A stretch of DNA of 64,000 nucleotides, taken from NCBI GenBank assembly GCA_003141835.1, contig PLNR01000010.1, forward strand, positions 3,768-67,767. The letters run 5' to 3'. Under the pieces are notes generated by a model. That model was not told where the DNA came from. It saw only the letters and a program-made list of their open reading frames with translations, and ran no database searches. The position numbers and the translations under genes were made by a program. Every line of letters starts with the position of its first letter. Positions within the stretch are counted from its first letter, which is position 1. The DNA comes from Candidatus Omnitrophota bacterium (lineage in GTDB: Bacteria > Omnitrophota > Gorgyraeia > Pluralincolimonadales > Pluralincolimonadaceae). Below are positions 58,525 to 64,000 of this stretch, piece after piece.

Positions 58525-59160
58525 ATGAACAAGACGGTGCTTGTCGCGGTGATTTTGTTCGGTTTTGCATTAGTCGGCGCGGCCGGAATAGCGCGCGCCG
58601 CTTCATCGGATTTTTTCACGGACACCATAGAAGATTCCAGCGGCCAGTATATGTATTCCTATGGCGGCGGGACGACTTTCGATATAGAGAAGGCCGGCGC
58701 CCACTCAGGCGAAGCGTGCCTGAAAGCGGTTTTCGATTGCACAACATGGTCGGGAGTGGTCGTAGGGCACAATCCCCTGATCCCGCTGGTCGACCTGACA
58801 AAGCTCAATAAAGCCGCGGTCGAGTTCTGGGTCAAAGGCGCCGAGGGCGGAGAGAATTTTGAGGTACAATTGGTCGATTCCGATGATACCGACCACAACA
58901 AGACCGAAGTAGGCGTGATGGCCACACCGACTTACGTCAAGACAACCAAAGATTGGCAGAAAGTCACCATACCGGTTAACGCGTTTCCCAAGAAAGGGCA
59001 GTACTGGGATGGCGAGAAGAACAAGATGGTAACGAACGTCGATTTCAATCCCGCCGAGCTTAAAGAGATAAAATTCGCGGTCGGGCCCAAATATAACGCG
59101 GGCAAGTCCTCGGTAACGATTTACATCGACGACCTGAAGATCGTCGAACTGCCGTTATAA
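58525..59160 (+). CDS. Secreted CBM11/CIA30-like carbohydrate-binding protein
   Basis: Signal peptide; WSG, FWVKG..GGE.F.V.L.D, WQKVTIP...F, IYIDDL. Confidence 0.78.
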   Translation: MNKTVLVAVILFGFALVGAAGIARAASSDFFTDTIEDSSGQYMYSYGGGTTFDIEKAGAHSGEACLKAVFDCTTWSGVVVGHNPLIPLVDLTKLNKAAVEFWVKGAEGGENFEVQLVDSDDTDHNKTEVGVMATPTYVKTTKDWQKVTIPVNAFPKKGQYWDGEKNKMVTNVDFNPAELKEIKFAVGPKYNAGKSSVTIYIDDLKIVELPL

Positions 59161-59169
59161 TTTTAGTAT

Positions 59170-59209
59170 AAATCGGGGACGTTTCATTGTAAAAGCGTCC
59201 CTGATTTTT
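59170..59209 (+). terminator. REP-like hairpin / terminator
   Basis: AAATCGGGGACG...CGTCCCTGATTT followed by Ts. Confidence 0.65.
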
Positions 59210-59212
59210 AAC

Positions 59213-59241
59213 TTGACAAATGATACCATTGTGGTATCATT
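59213..59241 (+). promoter_or_regulatory. Promoter with an overlapping inverted repeat (putative Rrf2 operator)
   Basis: TTGACA-16-TATCAT; AATGATACCA-ttg-TGGTATCATT at 59219-59241. Confidence 0.75.
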
Positions 59242-59247
59242 ATGGCC

Positions 59248-59658
59248 ATGAGCATAAGGTTGATAAACAGGAATACGGATTACGCCGTGAGGGCGCTGTG
59301 CTACATGGCGAGGAAAAAAGAGGGGCTGACGTCGGTGCCGGAGCTTGTGAAGAGCCTAAGGATACCGCGGCCGTTCCTCAGGAAGATACTGCAGGTACTG
59401 CATAATAAAGAGCTTCTTATTTCCCAGAAAGGCGCTGGCGGCGGATTCAAACTGGCGCGCGAGCCGAAGAAGATATCCTTACTGGAAGTCGTCAAGGTAT
59501 TCCAGGGTCCCATCAAATTAAGCGAATGCGTACTTCAAAAGGAGGCATGCCCGAACAAAAAGAATTGCTTTTTAAGGAGGAGGCTCGGTACAATAGAGCA
59601 GTTCATAAACATCCAACTGAAACCGATAACAATAGAGGGGATGATCCATGGAAACTAA
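59248..59658 (+). CDS. Rrf2-family transcriptional regulator with three C-terminal Cys
   Basis: TDYAVRAL, IP..FLRKILQ.L, S.KG.GGGF.LAR, C.....C.....C. Start is 59242 or 59248. Confidence 0.92.
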   Translation: MSIRLINRNTDYAVRALCYMARKKEGLTSVPELVKSLRIPRPFLRKILQVLHNKELLISQKGAGGGFKLAREPKKISLLEVVKVFQGPIKLSECVLQKEACPNKKNCFLRRRLGTIEQFINIQLKPITIEGMIHGN

Positions 59659-61315
59659 AATGTTCTGTAGGCAATGCGAGCAGACCGCGCAGGGTTCGGG
59701 CTGCACCATGCAGGGAGTCTGCGGGAAAGACCCGACGACGGCGACGCTCCAGGACCTCCTCATATACGCGATGAAAGGCATCGCGGTCTACGGCAACATG
59801 GCGCGCGAGCTCGGCATAAAGGATAAAGAGGCCGATCTCTTCCTGAAAGAAGGGCTTTTTACTACCGTAACGAACGTTGATTTCGACCCGGAGCGGCTCA
59901 AGCAATTCCTGACGCGCGCGTATGAGGCCAAGGAAAAGATGAAGGGGCTCTTCCTCCGGGAATATAAGAAGAAATACGGCAAGGATTTCATGACACGGCT
60001 TCCGGCCGCGACCGACTGGAAACCCGCGAACTCGATAGAAGGGCTTGTAGACCAGGGCAGGCAGGTGGGCGTGCTTTCATGGCCTGCGACAGATGAGGAT
60101 TCACGCAGCCTGCAGGAACTCCTGCTGTTAGGCCTTAAAGGCATGGCGGCCTACGCCGACCACGCCGCGATCCTCGGGCTTGAGGACGAGGAAGTGGACG
60201 CGTATTTCCACAAGGGGCTCGCGAAACTCGCCGAAGACAACCTCTCGGTCGAAGAGGCCCTCGCGTTGAATATGGAGTTCGGGAAGGTGAATTTCAAGTG
60301 CCTCGAGCTCCTTGATAAGGCCAACACAGGGCATTTCGGCAACCCGTCCCCGACCAGGGTGAAACTGGGCTTAAAGAAGGGCCCGGCGATAATCGTCACG
60401 GGCCATGACCTCCTCGACCTCGAAATGCTGCTGAAGCAGACAGAGGGGGAAGGAATAAATATTTACACGCACGGCGAGATGCTGCCGGCGCACGGATATC
60501 CTGCTTTCCATAAATATAAACACTTCGCCGGGCATTTCGGGACCGCGTGGCAGAACCAGCAGAAGGAATTTGACGGCGTGCCTGCCGCGTTCCTGTTCAC
60601 GACAAACTGCATCCAGAAGCCGCGCGACTCCTATAAGGCGCGGGTATTCACGACCGGGCTGGTCGCGTGGCCGGGCGTCACCCATATCCCAGGGTTCGAC
60701 GATAAAGATTTTTCGCCGGTCATCAGGAAGGCGCTCGAGCTCGATTGGCTCAAAGCGGATAAGATCGAAAAGGAAATAGTCGTCGGCTTTGGCCATAACG
60801 CGGTCCTGGGCGTCGCCGACAGGATCGTCGGATCCGTAAAAGAGAACAGGATACGCCGTTTCTTCCTCATCGGCGGATGCGACGGCGCGAAGCCCGGCAG
60901 GAATTATTATACCGAGCTCGCCGAGAAAGTCCCGAAAGACTGCGTGATACTTACGCTTGCCTGCGGAAAATTCCGCTTCAACACGCTCGAATTCGGCGAT
61001 ATCGGCGGCATCCCGCGGCTGCTCGATGTGGGACAGTGCAACGACTCGTATTCGGCGATAAAGATCGCCCTGGCGCTCGCCGGCGCGTTCAACTGCGGCG
61101 TCAACGACCTCCCGCTTTCGATAATACTTTCCTGGTATGAGCAGAAGGCGGTCTGCATCCTGATCACGCTTCTTTCACTGGGCGTGAAGAACATAAGGAT
61201 AGGTCCGTCGCTGCCGGCATTCGTGTCGCCGAACGTCCTCAACGTCCTCGTCGAGAAATTCGGCGTGAAACCAATTACGACGCCCGAGGCGGACTTGAAG
61301 GAGATTTTGGGATAA
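59648..61315 (+). CDS. hcp: Hybrid cluster protein (hydroxylamine / NO reductase)
   Basis: MFC.QCEQT...GC...GVCGK, GHDL, YTHGEMLP, GGCDG, GQCND, SWYEQKA. Confidence 0.96.
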   Translation: METKMFCRQCEQTAQGSGCTMQGVCGKDPTTATLQDLLIYAMKGIAVYGNMARELGIKDKEADLFLKEGLFTTVTNVDFDPERLKQFLTRAYEAKEKMKGLFLREYKKKYGKDFMTRLPAATDWKPANSIEGLVDQGRQVGVLSWPATDEDSRSLQELLLLGLKGMAAYADHAAILGLEDEEVDAYFHKGLAKLAEDNLSVEEALALNMEFGKVNFKCLELLDKANTGHFGNPSPTRVKLGLKKGPAIIVTGHDLLDLEMLLKQTEGEGINIYTHGEMLPAHGYPAFHKYKHFAGHFGTAWQNQQKEFDGVPAAFLFTTNCIQKPRDSYKARVFTTGLVAWPGVTHIPGFDDKDFSPVIRKALELDWLKADKIEKEIVVGFGHNAVLGVADRIVGSVKENRIRRFFLIGGCDGAKPGRNYYTELAEKVPKDCVILTLACGKFRFNTLEFGDIGGIPRLLDVGQCNDSYSAIKIALALAGAFNCGVNDLPLSIILSWYEQKAVCILITLLSLGVKNIRIGPSLPAFVSPNVLNVLVEKFGVKPITTPEADLKEILG

Positions 61316-61361
61316 TTATGGCGTATAATATATAGACACTAAAAAAAGGAGGGCGTGTACC

Positions 61362-61643
61362 ATGATGAGAATGATGGGTGTGCTGGTCCTGATCCCTGCA
61401 TCCGCGTTGCTTACAGCAAGCTTTTTTGTATTGTTCGCGCTCGAAAGAGCAAAAGAGAAGGGCTTGAAGAACTTCGGAAAAGTAGTTGCCGTTGTCTTGA
61501 TCGTCGTGTCCGCGCTGCTATATGCGAAAGGCATTTATACCATCGCGACAGGCAAATGCCCGATGATGCAGGACATGCAGGGGATGTGCCCGATGGGTAA
61601 AGGAATGGGCGGAATGCCCGGCAGGATGCCCGGAGGGAAATAA
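61362..61643 (+). CDS. Small two-TM protein with a Met/Cys/Gly-rich C-terminal tail
   Basis: AGGAGG SD; two hydrophobic helices; tail GKCPMMQDMQGMCPMGKGMGGM. Confidence 0.75.
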   Translation: MMRMMGVLVLIPASALLTASFFVLFALERAKEKGLKNFGKVVAVVLIVVSALLYAKGIYTIATGKCPMMQDMQGMCPMGKGMGGMPGRMPGGK

Positions 61644-61653
61644 GTAATTTAGA

Positions 61654-61732
61654 AGGGACGTTTCATTTAGGGACACTTCACTTTTTCAGGTAATGGTGAA
61701 GTGTCCTTTTTTTGAAGCGCCCCCTGTTTTTT
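61654..61732. repeat. Nested REP-like hairpin / terminator
   Basis: Outer GGGACGTTTCA...TGAAGCGCCCC, inner GGACACTTCAC...GTGAAGTGTCC, followed by T runs. Confidence 0.65.
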
Positions 61733-61790
61733 GCGTAAACCTTTCGGGCCGGGAAACGTCTAACTATGATAATAAGCATAAATATTAATG

Positions 61791-61841
61791 TTGACATCTC
61801 CGTATGTATGATATATCATACAAATCATACAATTCATACAA
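61791..61841 (+). promoter_or_regulatory. Promoter with an 18-bp palindrome and 9-bp-period direct repeats (putative AbrB operator)
   Basis: TTGACA 61791; TGTATGATATATCATACA 61805-61822; TCATACAA at 61816, 61825 and 61834. Confidence 0.75.
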
Positions 61842-61862
61842 TAACACATTACGGAGGTTAAG

Positions 61863-62102
61863 ATGAAGACTGAATTCAAGGGCGGCCCGGGCGGCGGGTT
61901 CCACAGCGTGGTGACTGTAGGTGAGAGGGGACAAGTGGTGGTTCCCGCGGACATAAGGAAGACGTTCAAGATAAAGTCCGGCGATAAGCTTGTCGTCTTC
62001 GCCAAACCGGACGGCATGATCGGGCTTATACAGGCCGATGAGTTCAACCGTTTCCTTAATGAGGCGAAAAAGGTGCTTTCCAAACTAAAGGGCAAATTCT
62101 GA
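61863..62102 (+). CDS. AbrB/MazE/SpoVT-family DNA-binding protein
   Basis: TVGERGQVVVP..IR....IKSGD.L. Confidence 0.9.
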   Translation: MKTEFKGGPGGGFHSVVTVGERGQVVVPADIRKTFKIKSGDKLVVFAKPDGMIGLIQADEFNRFLNEAKKVLSKLKGKF

Positions 62103-62106
62103 CACT

Positions 62107-63465
62107 GTGAACAAAAATATTTTCATATATGCTTTTTGTTTTATCCTGCTGCTGAGCGCACCGGCTCCGGCGGAAGAAGCGCCGGCGGCTCCGAATCCCG
62201 CAACTCCCATGACGTGGGACGACTGCGTCAAGGAAGCCGCGAAGAATAATCCCGGCCTCGTCTCAGCCCAGCAGTCCATAAAGAGTTCCCAGGCCGATAA
62301 GACGATAACCGCAAGCGGCCTATACCCGCAGATAAGCACTGATCTTAATGCTACCAGGTCAAGAAGTTCGGGCGGAACCCAGTCAAGCGGGTCCAGCAGC
62401 ACCAGTGGCACCGGCAGCACCGCCGGTTTGTCAGGCAGCTCTAATAATGCCGTCAATAATTATAATTACGGTGTCACCGGCAACCAGCTCCTATTCGACG
62501 GTTTCCAGACTATAAATAAGGTGAACGCGGCCGGGGAAAACATCAAAGCCGCCCAACAGAGCTATAATTTTACGTCCTCGCAGGTCCGGCAGCGCCTCCG
62601 CACGGCTTTCGTTAATTTGCTCAAGGCCCAGGAATCGGTCAAGATAAGCCAGGAGATCTATGAGCGCCGCCGCCAGAATTATGAACTGGTGACCCTGCGC
62701 TATGAGAGCGGCAGGGAAAATAAAGGTTCTCTCCTTACCGAGGGGGCGAACGTCAGGCAGGCCCAGTATGACATCTCCGTGGCGAAAAGGAATATCGACC
62801 TCGCGCGGCGCCAGTTGACAAAAGAGATGGGCCTCCTGCAGCTTGTGCCTGTGGAAGCGAAAGGCGATTTTATCGTCAACGATTCCGCGCGCGAGAAACC
62901 GGATTTTATCGCGCTCTCCTCGAACCACCCCTCGCTCCAACAGCTTATAGCCCAGAAGAACGCCGCGGCTTATAACGTGAAAACGGCCAAGGGCGAATTT
63001 TTCCCGACGATCAGCGCGCAGGGCAGCGCCAATAAAAACGATACGCGGTGGCCTCCCGAAGGCAACCAGTGGAGCATAGGCGCGGCGGTCTCATTCCCGA
63101 TATTCGAGGGCTGGAAGCGCGTAGCTGATGTCTCCAAAGCCAACGCCCTGCTGACAAAAGCGGAAGCGGACGAAAGGAACTCCAGAGACGGTATAATACA
63201 GAGCCTCACCGACGCGTGGACGAGCCTGCAGAACGCCCTGGAAAACGTCGACGTCCAAAACCAATTCCTGACCGCGAACGAAGAGCGCACCAAGATAACC
63301 GAGGCGCAATATTCCATAGGATTTGTGTCGTTCAACGACTGGATAATTATCGAGAATAATCTTGTTTCGGCGAAGCAATCATATTTAAACGCCGAGGCCC
63401 TGGCCCTGACAGCAGAGGCCAACTGGATACAGGCGAAAGGAGAAACTCTTGAAAATGTTCAATAA
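62107..63465 (+). CDS. TolC-family outer-membrane efflux protein
   Basis: Signal peptide; A..NNP.L, YPQI, LFDG, RYESG, FPIFEG; Ser/Gly-rich loop. Confidence 0.9.
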   Translation: MNKNIFIYAFCFILLLSAPAPAEEAPAAPNPATPMTWDDCVKEAAKNNPGLVSAQQSIKSSQADKTITASGLYPQISTDLNATRSRSSGGTQSSGSSSTSGTGSTAGLSGSSNNAVNNYNYGVTGNQLLFDGFQTINKVNAAGENIKAAQQSYNFTSSQVRQRLRTAFVNLLKAQESVKISQEIYERRRQNYELVTLRYESGRENKGSLLTEGANVRQAQYDISVAKRNIDLARRQLTKEMGLLQLVPVEAKGDFIVNDSAREKPDFIALSSNHPSLQQLIAQKNAAAYNVKTAKGEFFPTISAQGSANKNDTRWPPEGNQWSIGAAVSFPIFEGWKRVADVSKANALLTKAEADERNSRDGIIQSLTDAWTSLQNALENVDVQNQFLTANEERTKITEAQYSIGFVSFNDWIIIENNLVSAKQSYLNAEALALTAEANWIQAKGETLENVQ

Positions 63466-64000
63466 GAATTGGAAGGTGTTCCTCGTCATGATCATCGTTA
63501 TCGGAGTCGCGGCATTCTTCTATATGAGGTCGAAGTCCGGTTCCGCGTCTAAGGAAGAGAGCAAGGAGATAACGCCCACCGTAGATTTTATCGAGAGTTA
63601 TGTCACGACGACAGGCACGGTCCTCCCGCAGAACCGCCTTGCGCTTAAGCCGCCGGTTGCCGGCCGCGTCGAGCAGATACTCGTCAAGGAAGGTGAGATG
63701 GTAAAGACGGGCCAGACGCTGGCGTGGATGAGTTCGACCGAGAGGGCGGCGGTATTGGATGCGGCCAGGGGCAAGGGGGAAGCCGAACTTAAATATTGGG
63801 AAGATGCCTATAAACCGATACCTATATTGTCGCCTATCGACGGTGAGGTTATAGTCGAGACGGTCCAGCCCGGGCAGACATTGACGACCGCCGATGCCGT
63901 GCTGGTATTGTCGGACCGCCTGATAGTAAGAGCGCAGGTAGATGAAACCGATATCGGTAAGGTCAAATTGCAGCAGCCCGCGATCATAAGCCTCGACGCC
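63455..64000 (+). CDS. Efflux periplasmic adaptor (MacA/HlyD-like), truncated by the window end
   Basis: ATG 63455; N-terminal TM; TG.V.P.NR..LKP...GRVE.ILV.EG..V..GQ; SPIDG.V; VDETDIG. Confidence 0.88.
   Translation, partial: MFNKNWKVFLVMIIVIGVAAFFYMRSKSGSASKEESKEITPTVDFIESYVTTTGTVLPQNRLALKPPVAGRVEQILVKEGEMVKTGQTLAWMSSTERAAVLDAARGKGEAELKYWEDAYKPIPILSPIDGEVIVETVQPGQTLTTADAVLVLSDRLIVRAQVDETDIGKVKLQQPAIISLDA

Noticed and set aside
61863-62102. Toxin-antitoxin module
   Set aside because: No toxin ORF follows the AbrB/MazE-like gene; tolC begins 4 nt later.

Overview
This 64-kb window is gene-dense bacterial chromosome, almost all on the + strand; only cstA and pgi lie on the minus strand. The gene content suggests an anaerobic diderm, most like Candidatus Omnitrophota (PVC superphylum), which is an inference only. 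The left ~30 kb is accessory-type. It holds two secreted amidohydrolases with an SphA-type channel, an ABC-F ATPase, an autotransporter with a lipoprotein hydrolase, a secreted ankyrin protein, CBM11-like and GH144-like glucan proteins, a B12 radical SAM, a DEAD-box helicase, a discoidin glycosidase, a two-component trio and a serine hydrolase. The right half holds a redox operon (azoR, korAB, SOR, a Tpx-PCD fusion), glycosylation genes, cstA, an HD-GYP/aldolase/Cache/methyltransferase/OmpA cluster and pgi. It continues with a four-gene NAD-linked [FeFe]-hydrogenase, its maturation operon (TM1266-like, aspA, hydF, hydG, hydE), rrf2-hcp and an AbrB-TolC-efflux operon. I saw no tRNA, rRNA, CRISPR array, integrase or transposase. 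The signals most worth follow-up lie largely outside the ORF track. (1) A ~43-bp sigma70 promoter cassette with a dyad in its spacer is repeated four times before unrelated, mostly leaderless genes. (2) A riboswitch-like terminator/antiterminator RNA gates the hydrogenase maturation operon. (3) An unannotated 46-aa zinc-finger ORF, with ATC as its only plausible start, is coupled to the DEAD-box helicase. (4) A Tyr-rich DYSKYY repeat block is inserted in the CBM of a GH144-like protein. (5) A thiol peroxidase is fused to pterin carbinolamine dehydratase. (6) There is a small REP-like GGGGAC repeat family.
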